DNA of 64,000 nucleotides from Acidobacteriota bacterium (GTDB lineage Bacteria; Acidobacteriota; UBA6911; RPQK01; JAJDTT01): the NCBI GenBank assembly GCA_965217775.1, contig CBDCJH010000002.1, positions 6,048,001-6,112,000 on the forward strand, written 5' to 3'. Every line of letters begins with the position of its first letter. Positions within the stretch are counted from its first letter, which is position 1. This document shows, in pieces, positions 40,648 through 51,534 of this stretch. The notes beneath the pieces were generated by a model that made no database searches, was not told the origin of the DNA, and was given only the letters and a program-made list of their open reading frames with translations. The position numbers were made by a program, and so were the translations under genes.

Positions 40648-41406
40648 ATGTTGGATCTGAAAGACAGGACCGCCCTGATGGTGGGGACGAAGCGGGTGGG
40701 CGGCATCGTGGCACGCCGCTTGGCCCAAGCGGGCGTTCGCCTGGCGCTCAGCTACCGGGGTTCCAAGCTTGAGGCCCAGCACCTCCAGGCGGAGTTGGAG
40801 CCGATGACGCGGACCTGCCTGGTCCAGGCCGACGTGAGCCGGCCGGAGGACGTCGTCCGCCTGCTGCAAACGGTCCGCGAGGAACTCGGGGACCTCTCCT
40901 TTCTCGTCAACCTGGCCTCGGGATTTCCGCGGGCTCCCTTGGATTCGTTGGATGCTTCCGCTTGGGAAGCGGCGGAGCCGGCGGCCCGGGCCAACTATCT
41001 CCTGGCGGTCCACGCCTCCCGCAGCATGCGGCGGAACCGGGGACCGACCCGGGGCCACCTGATCTTCTTCAGCGACTGGGCCGCCGGCGGGACTCCCTAT
41101 CGGAACTACCTTCCCTACCTCACCTCCAAGGCGTCTATCGACTTCATGACCCGCGCCTTCGCCGTCGAATTGGCCCCGCACGGCATTCTGGTCAACGCCA
41201 TCGCCCCCGGGCCCACCATGCGTCCACCGGAAATCAGCAGCGAGGACTGGGAGAGATCCGTGATCGCCCGGACGCCCCTCCGGCGGGAGTCCGCCGCCGG
41301 AGAGATCGCCGAGATGATCGTCACCCTCCTCAAGAGCGAGACCATCACGGGCGAGACCATCCGGGTCGATGCCGGCCGCCACCTGGCGGGTCCGGGCGTG
41401 GATTGA
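40648..41406 (+). CDS. SDR oxidoreductase, pteridine reductase-like
   Basis: GTKRVG, SDWA, YLTSK, VNAIAPG. Confidence 0.8.
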   Translation: MLDLKDRTALMVGTKRVGGIVARRLAQAGVRLALSYRGSKLEAQHLQAELEPMTRTCLVQADVSRPEDVVRLLQTVREELGDLSFLVNLASGFPRAPLDSLDASAWEAAEPAARANYLLAVHASRSMRRNRGPTRGHLIFFSDWAAGGTPYRNYLPYLTSKASIDFMTRAFAVELAPHGILVNAIAPGPTMRPPEISSEDWERSVIARTPLRRESAAGEIAEMIVTLLKSETITGETIRVDAGRHLAGPGVD

Positions 41407-41478
41407 GCGCTCAGATACCGCGGCCGGGACGGAGCCGCAACTTGCAAGTTCAAGACCGGAAATGCAGTCTAGATATTG

Positions 41479-42474
41479 ATGTTACGATCGATCGCACAAG
41501 CGGTTTCGCTGCTGATTCTTCTGTCGGCAACCGTCCCGGCGGAGACCTCGCTGACCTGGTCCAGGGGGCCGGACCTGGCGCTTCCGAGAGGCGGTTACAG
41601 CGCCGCCGTCTACCAGGAGGGAATTCTCGTCGTTGGGGGAGCGTACTGGCGGGACGGCGAAAAACTCTGGACGGATCGGGTCGACTTCTACGACCCCAAG
41701 ACCGCAACCTGGTCGCAACGGCCGTCTCTGCCTGAGCCTCTGGGATATGGGGGCATGGTCCGGATCGAGGAGGATCTCTACCTGTTGGGCGGAGGCAACG
41801 GTCCTCAGCCTCAACGCAAGGTCTTCAAGCTGACCGAAGCGGGCTGGTCCGTGGTGGGCGAAAACCCGGCGCCCCGCTACCTGGCTTCGGTGGTGGCCGT
41901 CGGATCCACCATCTACCTGGTGGCGGGAAGCCTCAGCATGAACGATCTGGACCGTTGTAGCGATGAGGTCTGGTCCCTGGACGTTGCGACCGGCGGCTGG
42001 CAGAGGCTGGCGCCGATTCCGGGGCCGCCGCGGATGATTCAGGCGGCAGCCGTTCTGGGGAGCTCGGTGTACATCTTCGGAGGCTCCACCAAGGAGACGG
42101 GCCGGCGGCTGCAGAATCTGGACGACGCCTACCGGTTCGACACCGAGACGGGGCAATGGACCCCACTGGGTCCGGCTCCGGTGGCGGCCCGGGCCTGGTG
42201 GGCCGAACCGGTGGGCGAACTGATCTACCTCTCCGGCGGCTACGGCCATACGTTTCAGGGAACCGTCTACGAATACGATCCTTCGGGAGACACCTACACC
42301 CTGGTTTCCAGCTTCGAACCGGGCTTGGCGGATACGGAGTTTCTGCACCTGGACGGAGCCCTCTACGGAATCTCCGGTGAAGACAAGGGCCGGTCCCGCT
42401 TCCCCGGCCTTCTCGTCGGCCGCTTTCCGGAAGAGCCGTCCGAGGAGGAGTCCGAGGAGCCATCCGACGAGTAG
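41479..42474 (+). CDS. Secreted Kelch-repeat protein
   Basis: Signal peptide; repeated LYxxGG..YD..W units. Confidence 0.85.
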   Translation: MLRSIAQAVSLLILLSATVPAETSLTWSRGPDLALPRGGYSAAVYQEGILVVGGAYWRDGEKLWTDRVDFYDPKTATWSQRPSLPEPLGYGGMVRIEEDLYLLGGGNGPQPQRKVFKLTEAGWSVVGENPAPRYLASVVAVGSTIYLVAGSLSMNDLDRCSDEVWSLDVATGGWQRLAPIPGPPRMIQAAAVLGSSVYIFGGSTKETGRRLQNLDDAYRFDTETGQWTPLGPAPVAARAWWAEPVGELIYLSGGYGHTFQGTVYEYDPSGDTYTLVSSFEPGLADTEFLHLDGALYGISGEDKGRSRFPGLLVGRFPEEPSEEESEEPSDE

Positions 42475-42525
42475 TCGAAGGACCACCCTTCCCGTTTCGA
42501 ACGCCTCATCCAATCCCGGTAGCCA

Positions 42526-44955
42526 ATGCGTCTGAAAAAGGACGGAAAGAATGAAACCCGGCGGACGGATTTCATGCAGTCGTTCCGTCTCCGGTACGCT
42601 GGATTCTGTCTCGTGGTTCTGGCTTGGGCGGCCTGTTACTCACCGCTCTTGAGTGGCCTGTGGGTAGTCCCCTATGATGCCCTGGCTCAGAATTTTCCCG
42701 CTGCCGCATTCTCCGCGATGGCGATCCAGCAAGGCGATTCGCCCTTTTGGAATCCCTTCCTGTTCAGCGGTCATCCCGCCCTGTCCGACCCCCAGATGTT
42801 CCTGTTTTCTCCCTTGTTGATGCCCTTGATGGTTCTGGGGAACCCTCATGACATCCACTGGTTCACCTTGGTCGTAGCGCTCCACGTACTTCTGGGCGGG
42901 CTTGGTTTTTACGTCTTGCTCCGGCGTGCGGACGTGGCGCTGTTGCCGGCGGTGCTGGGCGCCGTCGTCTTCATGTTCGGCGGGTACGCTCTGGCCCGGC
43001 TGCAGCATACGACCATGATCTTGAGCTACGCGTACTTCCCGTGGGCACTGGTGCTCTTGCGGCAGTTGTTGAACTCTCCCCGCATTGGCCTTGCCGTAGG
43101 CTTCGGTGTGGTCGCCGGGGGCATGGCGATACACGGCAATCAAGTGGCGTACCTGCTGTCGCTGGTCTTGGTCGGCGTCGCGGTGGCAGCGTTCTTCAAG
43201 GCGCCGGACAAAGTCGCATTTCTTCGCCGAAAGCTGCCCTGGCTGGCCGCAGGCGGGATCGTCGCATTCCTGGTTCTGCTGCCCCAGCTCTACGGCATCT
43301 TTCTGTTCCTGGACGACAGCAACCGTCCCCATTTCGAGTACGCCTTCGCCGCCCGGCAATCCATGTGGCCTCATATTCCGGCGACGCTGCTGGTGCCCAA
43401 CCTGTTCGGCGCTCTCGGTGACCACTATGTCGGGCCGGATGATCGGACGGAGTCATTGTTGTACGTCGGTGGCCTCGGCGTCTGGGTGCTGGCGTTCTGG
43501 GGCTTGTGGCACGGATACCTCTGGCGGCGCCGCAACCTGTTCTTCCTCGGAATCCTGATTTTTTCGCTGCTGTACATGCTCGGCGACCTGACGCCGGCCT
43601 ATCGTCTTTTCTACGAGGTCATCCCCGGAATCGCTCTCTTTCAGCGGCCCTTGGACGGTGGTTTTCTGCTCAATATCGCCTTGGCGGGCCTGGTCGCCCT
43701 GGTGTTGGACGAAGTGTTGCGAAGAGACCCGAAGGGGTTTCCGTCCCGCCGGACGCGAGTCGCAGGGAGGGTCTGCCTGGTGCTCCTGGGGACGGCATTC
43801 TCTTTCGCCGTATGGAAAGGCGTGACTCTTCAGCAGGATTGGCGGCCGGTGCTCGAGGCCCTCGGCGCCGCCTCGGCTTGGATCTTGGCATCCGCGCTGG
43901 CTCTGTTTCTATTGCTGCGTTACGAACGTCCGCGCTGGCCGTTGTCCCTGGCCCTCACGGCCCTTCTGGTGGCCAACCTGGGATGGGTGAACCTGAACCG
44001 CAGGATCAATCTGGTCCGGACCAGCGACATCAGCCAGCCCGGTGGGCTGCCGAAGTTCCATCGGCAAATCCTGGAGTTCATTCGGGAAAATACGGCGGCC
44101 GGCGAGAGGGGTGCTCCACCTCGCCGTGTCGATTTGATCTACGCCGGGGCGCAACTTTCGAATCTGCCCAATCTCTATCCGTTTCACTCCATTTCGGGTG
44201 GCAATCCGCTTGTCTCCGGCCGCTATCAGATGTTTGCCGGGAAACGAAACGTCTACTCCGGACCACCCCTGTTCTCACCCATGATGCCGGGCTATTCATC
44301 GGGAGCATTGGATTCTCTGGATGTGAAATACGTGATCACGGCCCTGGACCTGGAAGAGTACGATTCCACTTACGATGCGGCCGAACTGCCGCTGGTGACT
44401 CGCTTTGCGAACATCTCGGTCTACGAGAACCTGGATCTGCTGCCGCGAGCGCGCCTCTTGAACCGGTTCCAGGTTGCCGGCAGCCGGGAGCAGGCGGCGG
44501 AACTGCTGGCCAGTCCGTCTTTTTCACATCACGGCAACGCCGTGGTCGAATTGCGGAAAGGGTGGACTCCCGAGTTGGAAGAACTATTCGGGGTGGTTGG
44601 AACCGAGCGGTTCGTGGCGAACTCGAGTTTCGAGATTTCAACCGAGCCAAGCGACCGTGACCGAGTCCGGATCGTCCGTTACGAAAATGACCGCGTGGAT
44701 GTGGTGGCCGACAGCAATCATCCGCGCCTGCTGGTCTTGGCGGACGTGCTCACCGAAGGATGGAAGGCCTATCTGGGCGAAAGGGAACTGCCCATCCACT
44801 ATGCCAACTACGCTTTTCGAGGCGTGTTTCTGCCTCCGGGAAGCAACGAGGTCAGCTTTCGCTTCCGGCCTTTCGACGCCGACGTCGCCCTCAACGTCCT
44901 GCGGAGGGTCTTCTCCGGTCGCGACGAAAACCCGGTTCCGATTCGATACCGGTGA
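42526..44955 (+). CDS. YfhO-family polytopic membrane protein (GT-C-like)
   Basis: PFWNPFLFSG.P, many TM helices, GWKA..ANYAFRGV. Confidence 0.82.
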   Translation: MRLKKDGKNETRRTDFMQSFRLRYAGFCLVVLAWAACYSPLLSGLWVVPYDALAQNFPAAAFSAMAIQQGDSPFWNPFLFSGHPALSDPQMFLFSPLLMPLMVLGNPHDIHWFTLVVALHVLLGGLGFYVLLRRADVALLPAVLGAVVFMFGGYALARLQHTTMILSYAYFPWALVLLRQLLNSPRIGLAVGFGVVAGGMAIHGNQVAYLLSLVLVGVAVAAFFKAPDKVAFLRRKLPWLAAGGIVAFLVLLPQLYGIFLFLDDSNRPHFEYAFAARQSMWPHIPATLLVPNLFGALGDHYVGPDDRTESLLYVGGLGVWVLAFWGLWHGYLWRRRNLFFLGILIFSLLYMLGDLTPAYRLFYEVIPGIALFQRPLDGGFLLNIALAGLVALVLDEVLRRDPKGFPSRRTRVAGRVCLVLLGTAFSFAVWKGVTLQQDWRPVLEALGAASAWILASALALFLLLRYERPRWPLSLALTALLVANLGWVNLNRRINLVRTSDISQPGGLPKFHRQILEFIRENTAAGERGAPPRRVDLIYAGAQLSNLPNLYPFHSISGGNPLVSGRYQMFAGKRNVYSGPPLFSPMMPGYSSGALDSLDVKYVITALDLEEYDSTYDAAELPLVTRFANISVYENLDLLPRARLLNRFQVAGSREQAAELLASPSFSHHGNAVVELRKGWTPELEELFGVVGTERFVANSSFEISTEPSDRDRVRIVRYENDRVDVVADSNHPRLLVLADVLTEGWKAYLGERELPIHYANYAFRGVFLPPGSNEVSFRFRPFDADVALNVLRRVFSGRDENPVPIRYR

Positions 44956-45004
44956 CGGATCCGGTCGACGCAGCGAGGCGGTCCGGGGGGCGATACTGGT
45001 GCCG

Positions 45005-45751
45005 TTACGTGCCGGAGACGACCGCCGGAGCGAACTTCCGCCGGTAGAATCGGGTCCAGATGATGATGGCCGGAACGCCGATGGCCGTCGGCAGAATCCA
45101 GGGCACGACGGCAAGCGGTCCCGCGAGTTCGTAGGCCCACAGGCGCTGCGCCCCGAAGACGGCGAACGCGGTGTGAAAGGCGATGCCGCCGCCGAGCATC
45201 GATCCCAGGTGGCTGTAGAACCAGCCCATATGCTGTGCTCCCGGGTTGCGCATCAGACGTAGCATTCCGTGCCCCGTGAAGAGGCCAATTGGGCTCAGTG
45301 CCAGCAGTATCGGCGAGAGGTGCGACCACGCCGCCAGAGCGAACGCGATGACGGTGACGCTGCTGGCAATGGAGGCCCAGCCGAGCGCTTCGTGCCCCGG
45401 GGTCCGTAGCGCGTCCGGCGCCTTGCGTGTTGCCACGACCCGGATTGCCTGGCGCACCATGGCGAACGTGGTCACGCCCAAGTACCCGAGGAACAGGGCG
45501 AAGCCGTAGAGTTCGGGCCGGTCGGCGAGTCCGGGACCCTGGACCTGATAGGAGACGATCCGTCCGGCGGCCGCCGTGACCGCAGACAGAGTCACCACGT
45601 AGGCGCAGTAGGTGAAGACGCGGCCGGCCCGCACGTGCACCCGACCCCCCTTGCGAGCGAACAGCGGGATCCAGAACGCGGCCAAGCCGACGAAGCCGGT
45701 CGCGACGTGAGCCAGGATAAGCAGATCGAACAGCAGGCTCACGATACGCAT
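45005..45751 (-). CDS. DUF2306-like membrane protein
   Basis: KGGRVH..GR, WFYSHLGSM.GG.IA..TAF. Confidence 0.65.
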   Translation of the reverse strand: MRIVSLLFDLLILAHVATGFVGLAAFWIPLFARKGGRVHVRAGRVFTYCAYVVTLSAVTAAAGRIVSYQVQGPGLADRPELYGFALFLGYLGVTTFAMVRQAIRVVATRKAPDALRTPGHEALGWASIASSVTVIAFALAAWSHLSPILLALSPIGLFTGHGMLRLMRNPGAQHMGWFYSHLGSMLGGGIAFHTAFAVFGAQRLWAYELAGPLAVVPWILPTAIGVPAIIIWTRFYRRKFAPAVVSGT

Positions 45752-46365
45752 GACGAAGACCTCTCACGGGCGTTAGGATCAACATCCGATGCGTCCGCGC
45801 CGCTGGACCTGACTGCGATCCTCCGATCGATTGCGGCCAGCGTCTCGTTGCACCACGTCACCTTGGAACCGATGGAATGAATGCCCATCCGGAGCGACGC
45901 GAACTTGTGAAATCCCGAGTCGCTGTAACGTTCCGGCGCGTCTCCGAAGTTGGCGGTCACCTCCCGTTCCACCGCCCGCAGCTGCGCCAGCCAACGGGCA
46001 AGATGGTCGCGGAGCGCCTTGACGAACGCGCGGGTCTCGTGGAGGTCGCATACCGCGTCCATGAAATAGAGCTGGGCCAGGTACGCGAACCGTTCCGTGC
46101 CGACCACCGGGCCGCGACGGAGCCACTGCAGCAGCTCGGCTCGACCCTTCTCTGTCCGCGTGTAGACCCGGCGCTTCGGTCCCTTCGGCGACGGTTCGAG
46201 CCGGCTCCGCAGCATCCCCTGCCGCTCGAGGCGCTTGAGGGTCGGATAGATCTGGCTCAGCTCGGCGGACCAGAAGTGCCGGATATTCTCACCGAACGCG
46301 TTCTTGAGGTCGTATCCGGTGGCCGGCTCGCGCAGCAAGCCGAGGAGAATGTGGTCGAGGCTCAT
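45739..46365 (-). CDS. PadR-family transcriptional regulator
   Basis: TGYDL, SQIYPTL, Y..TEKGR. Confidence 0.9.
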   Translation of the reverse strand: MSLDHILLGLLREPATGYDLKNAFGENIRHFWSAELSQIYPTLKRLERQGMLRSRLEPSPKGPKRRVYTRTEKGRAELLQWLRRGPVVGTERFAYLAQLYFMDAVCDLHETRAFVKALRDHLARWLAQLRAVEREVTANFGDAPERYSDSGFHKFASLRMGIHSIGSKVTWCNETLAAIDRRIAVRSSGADASDVDPNARERSSSCVS

Positions 46366-46369
46366 GTTG

Positions 46370-46411
46370 CTATATCAATAATGACATAGTTGACTATATA
46401 AACTCTGTCAT
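46370..46411. promoter_or_regulatory. Putative PadR operator, inverted repeats
   Basis: TATATCA-N4-TGACATA and ATGACATAGTT..AACTCTGTCAT directly upstream of padR. Confidence 0.55.
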
Positions 46412-46577
46412 AGTAGGTCAAGCGGTCACCGGACAGTGCCGGTTCCTCCCGTCCGATTTGGAGGTCTTCGGCCGCCGATGAAAACGTCTATCGATCCCAC
46501 TCGTCGCGCGCCCCCTGCGGTATGATCGCGAGCGACCGATTCTTGACCGCAAACGCCGAGGACAGGAGAGACTTCCC

Positions 46578-47570
46578 ATGACAGGTCCGATACTTACGAT
46601 CATTGTCTCGCTCGTATTGAGCGCCCCCGGTTACGCCGGCCGGCTTCCTGCGGAGACCGCGGAGGGTCCGGGCCGTTCCGGCGCAGGTGCTGGATCCAGG
46701 CCCGAAGGGGTCCACTGCAAAGGCCAGCCCCAAGGCACGTCCTGCTGGATGGAGTTGGCCAATCAGCCGGGATGTTACGTCTGGAACAGCTACTTCCAGC
46801 AGGACGAGACCGTGGCTTGGACCGCAGGGTGCGCCGAGGGGTTGGCTCACGGCACCGGCACGCTGACGGAGGTCTGGGACGGGGGCAAGAAAAAAGAGGA
46901 AAAAACCGGGCGCATTGTGGAAGGAAAGGCACTGGGGCCATGGGTCTTCCGCGACCAGGATGGGTCCGTCTCAAAAGGCTCGTATAAGGAGGGGATGCGT
47001 CACGGCGACTGGGTCGAGCGCGTGGCGGGAGGGACCGTCCAGGAAGGTCCGTATGAGGCGGGGAAACGGCAGGGCAAGTGGGTCCTGCGCTTTGCTACCG
47101 GGACCGTCATGGAAGGCTCGTTTGTGAAGGGGTACCAGGAGGGCTCGTGGGTGTTGCGTTTCGCTTCCGGGAACGTCTCGGAGGGTCCGTACAAGGCGGG
47201 TAGGCGTCACGGCGACTGGGTCGAGCGTTTGGCGAATGGAACCGTCCAGGAAGGTCCGTATGAGGCAGGGAAGCGCCAGGGACGGTGGGTGTTGCGTTTC
47301 GCTTCCGGGACCGTGATGGAAGGCCCGTTCGTGGCGGGACAGCGTCAGGGTCATTGGGTCGAGCGCTACGCGGATGGGGCCGTCTTGGAAGGCTCATATG
47401 AGGCGGGGAAGGAGCAGGGCCATTGGGTTGAACGTTTGGCGGACGGGACCATCCAGGAAGGCCCGTATGAGGAGGGGAAGCGCCACGGATGGTGGTTTAA
47501 GCGCAGGAAAGGGGTCGTGGTTGAGGAAGCGTACTTTGTGAAGGGGGAAGGAGCGTGGGGCCAAAGTTAG
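46578..47570 (+). CDS. Secreted protein: Cys-rich N-terminal domain plus about 9 MORN-like 23-aa repeats
   Basis: Signal peptide; repeat G.WV.R.A.GTV.EG.Y..GKR. Confidence 0.75.
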   Translation: MTGPILTIIVSLVLSAPGYAGRLPAETAEGPGRSGAGAGSRPEGVHCKGQPQGTSCWMELANQPGCYVWNSYFQQDETVAWTAGCAEGLAHGTGTLTEVWDGGKKKEEKTGRIVEGKALGPWVFRDQDGSVSKGSYKEGMRHGDWVERVAGGTVQEGPYEAGKRQGKWVLRFATGTVMEGSFVKGYQEGSWVLRFASGNVSEGPYKAGRRHGDWVERLANGTVQEGPYEAGKRQGRWVLRFASGTVMEGPFVAGQRQGHWVERYADGAVLEGSYEAGKEQGHWVERLADGTIQEGPYEEGKRHGWWFKRRKGVVVEEAYFVKGEGAWGQS

Positions 47571-47585
47571 CAGGAGAGCCTCTCC

Positions 47586-48434
47586 ATGACAGGTCCGATC
47601 CGCACTCAAGGAGCCTGCGCCGCAGAAATTGATCTACTGCGAAAGCGCCCCACTTTCTCGCTACGATCATTCCTACGGCGCGGACTCCTGGTTGTTTTGG
47701 TCCTGTTCAGTAATTCCGGTCTCGCCGGCCCGCTTCCTCCGGAGACTCAGGTGAACCCTGGAGCGGGAGCGGGTCCTGCCGCCGAGGGGGTCCGGTGCCA
47801 GGGTCAGCCCGAGGGCGCGTCCTGCTGGATGGAACTGACCAACCACCCGGGATGTTCCGTCTGGATCAACCATTACCAGCCCGACGAGACTGCGACCTGG
47901 ACCTCAGAGTGTGCCGAGGGGTTGGCTCAAGGCACGGGCACACTTACGGAGGACTGGGACGGGGATAGGAAAACCAAGGAAAAAACAGGATCGCTCCTAG
48001 CTGGAAAGGCACAGGGCCGGTGAGTCTACAGCGACCAGGACGGGACCGTCGCGGAAGGCTCATACGAGGCAGGGAAGCGTCACGGCCATTGGGTCGAGCG
48101 TTTGGCGGACGGGACCGTGCAGGAGGGCTCGTACGAATCTGGGAAGCGGCAGGGCCAATGGGAATTACGCTTCGCTTCCGGGACCGTCATGGAGGGCCCG
48201 TTTGTGGACGGGAACCAGCAGGGCCGGTGGGTGTTGCGTTTGGCGGACGGGGGCGTACTGGAAGGCCCGTATGAGGCGGGGAAGCGTCACGGGCATTGGG
48301 TCGAGCGCGACCAGGACGGGTACGTCTCGGAAGGCGCGTATGTCGATTCACTGCGTCACGGATGGTGGTTTGTGCGCAATAAAGGGGTCGTGGTTGAGGA
48401 AGCGTACTTTGTGAAGGGGGAAGGCCAAAATTAG
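47586..48434 (+). pseudogene. Paralogous MORN-like repeat protein with an in-frame TGA
   Basis: ORFs 47586..48023 and 48102..48434 share a frame; TGA 48021-48023 aligns with Trp of the paralogue. Confidence 0.8.
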
Positions 48435-48506
48435 GCCGTCCGCCCTGGGAGCGGGGACATTCTTGTCCCCGTCTTCATGGCCGACGCCTGATCCGTGTCT
48501 CCTTCG

Positions 48507-48722
48507 TCAGTCGTCCCGCGCCTCGCGCGCTCGCCCTCGAACCCGCGCCACGATCACAGCGGCGAGCCCCAGTACTCCGCCGATCAATACGAAAGCCGGC
48601 GTGTCCGCGCCTTGCTCGCCGAGCGAAGCATTGAACACGCCGCCAGCTAGCATGCCGATCAGCACCGCGAGCATAACCCTCACGGCGTCGCGGTAGCCGG
48701 GACGGGATTTTCCTTCAGTCAT
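48507..48722 (-). CDS. Small two-TM membrane protein
   Basis: Two hydrophobic segments; GGAG RBS. Confidence 0.45.
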   Translation of the reverse strand: MTEGKSRPGYRDAVRVMLAVLIGMLAGGVFNASLGEQGADTPAFVLIGGVLGLAAVIVARVRGRAREARDD

Positions 48723-48812
48723 AGTTCTATCTCCAAATATCTCGTCCTCGCAGCCGTGCCTCGGCCAGCGGCCGCCGAGCCCAATAATTCCGTCGAGACA
48801 GCCTGCTGGACT

Positions 48813-50033
48813 TTACGGTCGCTTCACCTCGATGGTTCGGCCGTAGATCCGGCGCGAGGGGGAGGTGTAGTAGTCGTCCCGCTTGTCGTAGACCACGAAG
48901 AGCTTGCCGGGCCTGATCTCGCGAACCGTGGTGTAGGCCCCGGTGATGTCCATGGCGAGCCGGGTCACCTGGGTCCAGGAGTGCCCCTGGTCCACGCTGA
49001 AGGCCACGAAGATCCCGTCGTCCTTGAAATCGGGCTTGTGCCCGAAGCTGGCCACAAGAGTGCCGTCGTGCATCTCGATCAGGTCCGGGTCGACGCCCAC
49101 GATGTCCCGCCACCTGCCCCAGCGGCTGTACTGCCAGCGCATGGGCTGGGCTTGGCTCCAGGTGGCTCCTTCGTCGTCGGAATGGGCCTGATAGATGGGG
49201 TTCTCCCTTCCGGTGCGCATCGGGCAGACGAGCCGACCTTCATGTTTACCCCGGTTGAGGCGGACGATCACCGGCTCGTTGAATCCCTCCTGACCCATGG
49301 GGCCAGCGGCGATGGTGGAGACGTAGGCCCAGTTCTTGCCCACGTCGGTTGAGCGGAGCAAGAGAGCGCGGAACTGTTTCATGCTGGGCCGGTACTGGCT
49401 GGGCGTGTCGTCCTCCTTGAAGACGCCGTAGATTCCGGCCAGGAGGTTGCCGTTGGGCATCTCCAAAATCGTCCGGTGCCAGAGGATCCCGGTGGGGACG
49501 GTGTCTCCCCGGTCATCGCCCAGGTTCGGCTTGGCCCGGGGGACGTGGGCGAAATAGGGCGAGGGGGGCACCGTCTGCCACTGGTCGTCCGAATGCCAGA
49601 CCTGGCCCTGGAAGCGGCCGTCCCCGATGAACCGGCTGTAGTAGTCGAAGATCAGGATCCGGCCCGAGCGCAGTTGGAGGGTGCATCCGGAGATGATGGG
49701 GCCGTCTCCCTGTTCTTCGGTGGGATACCAGAGTTCCCAGGTCTTGCCGCCGTTGGCGGACCGCACCGTCCGGGGGATGTCACGCGGGTAGTTGGGTCCG
49801 GTGTACGACTCGGGATTGGGCCGGAGGACGGTCCCCACCACGATGATGGTCCCCTCCCGGGTAGTGGTCATGTAGGGGAAGATGGCGTCCTACATGACCA
49901 CCGTCTGGGGTCCGACAAGGATTTCCAGTGGTTCCTGTGCCCTCTTGCCGGCGCCCGCCGCCGGGGTCGGATGGGCCCAGAAAGCGAGTAAGCACGCGAT
50001 TGACAAGGTTCGAGGCTGCGCTGCCGTCATCAT
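48813..50033 (-). pseudogene. Secreted BNR/sialidase-like protein with an in-frame TAG
   Basis: Signal peptide from ATG 50033; TAG at 49890-49892; Asp-boxes SANGGKTW, STDVGKNW, SDDEGATW, SVDQGHSW. Confidence 0.75.
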
Positions 50034-50178
50034 GTTCGTGTCTCCATCGAAGGTGAGTCGTGGGAATCAATATCCGAAAAAACGCTGGGATATTACAAGC
50101 AGAACAGGAGGGATCCGTTGTCCCTGGTTCCGCGTGGGGACATCTCCAATCTTGTTGGGGAACTCGCGGGAGGCGTGG

Positions 50179-51150
50179 TCAACGACTGTAGCGGTAATCG
50201 AAAATGCACGATGAGCCGACCATTTCTCTAAACCATAACGTCGCAAAGGCGCCCATCGAATCGGTCAGACGCACGGGTTCGTTGAGACTGAAGTGAACCG
50301 GTTGCTGAAGACCGTCGTTGATGGCCACGTTGTCGGCATAGAGATACGTGCGGTCCAAGTTGTCCAGTATGGGATTCAGCCGTCCCTGAATGCCTGGAAG
50401 GTGCCCCGTACGTTTCGCAATGATCAGCGAACCCCCGTTCACGGCCGGGTGCATACGAATTTCGAGTGGCTTGTCCGGCAAGTAGCTCCGTATCACGCAG
50501 GCCGCGAAACCTGGTGCGGCGCAGAACACCGTCATGGGGAGCCTTGCGTAGAGATCGAAACTCGCTCTTCCGAACGCATCAGTACGCTCCTCCCGGTACG
50601 TCTTGTCGGGATAGAGCAAAAGCACATGTACGTCGCGCAACGGGTCGCCGGTCCCGTGTTGGCGCACCGTTATGCTCCCCGCCACCCCGTCCGGCGGAGG
50701 TGGAATCGCTGCCGGAAGGACAAGTTTCAATTCCCGTTCGCCGATCAACTCGAAGACGGGCTTCTGTCCGGACAGCGAGAACGTTTCGTCCTCGATGACG
50801 GCGATGCCCTCGCCCCGCCGTTCGATGAAGTATCGTCGCCCGCCCCAGGCGCCTCCCCGACGGGACACTGTCCCAGCCGTGAGGCCAGGAGTTCGTTGCG
50901 GGCGAACTGGCTGGTGCGAAAATCTTCCGCCGTCATGGAGTTGCAGAGACACCGGGTGAGTAGAGCTCGAGCCTGTCATCAAACATGAACAGACATATCT
51001 TCGATCCCCGCACGGCGTAGTCGCGGTACACGACGGCGTTCACCACCGCCTCGAAGACCGCGCGTTCACTGTATTGGGGCAGATCCTGGCGGGCCGGTCG
51101 TTTACGGGCCGCAACGCGCCGGTTGCGGACGACGAAACGCATCGTTTTCA
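50179..51150 (-). pseudogene. Frameshifted fragment of a RecG-C-like (HATPase_c_4) protein with an extra C-terminal domain
   Basis: FEAVVNAVVYRDY..FDDRLELYSPG, IERRGEG. Confidence 0.65.
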
Positions 51151-51197
51151 GCATCGGCGAGATATTCCTGCCAGCCGGAAGAGTCCACGACGTTCAT
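51140..51197 (-). pseudogene. vapC: VapC (PIN) N-terminal fragment
   Basis: MNVVDSSGWQEY; start overlaps the antitoxin stop. Confidence 0.7.
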
Positions 51198-51421
51198 GTC
51201 CGATCATCCTCGCGAGGAACTTCGGTCTCGATGCCCTTGACAAAGCCCCGCATTCGGCGCATCGGACGCACGGGAATCAATTCAATCCGGTTGTTATAGG
51301 CAATGGCCTGAACCTTTTGTCCGGGTTCAAGGCTCAACTCATCACGAACGTCCTTCGGGATGACAACCTGAAACCTTGGTGAGATGGTCACAATCGACAG
51401 GTGAATCCTCCATTGATCCAA
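51194..51421 (-). CDS. AbrB/MazE-type antitoxin
   Basis: VTISPRFQVVIPKDVR; true start uncertain. Confidence 0.75.
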   Translation of the reverse strand: MDQWRIHLSIVTISPRFQVVIPKDVRDELSLEPGQKVQAIAYNNRIELIPVRPMRRMRGFVKGIETEVPREDDRT

Positions 51422-51534
51422 TCGACACCTCCTCGGTCACGACGTGCTGCCCGTCTTTCGCTCGAAATCCGGTGGGCTGCATCATCTCAATTGAACTTAT
51501 TTGGACCAGTGTTGCTCTGCACGTCGTCTGGTCC

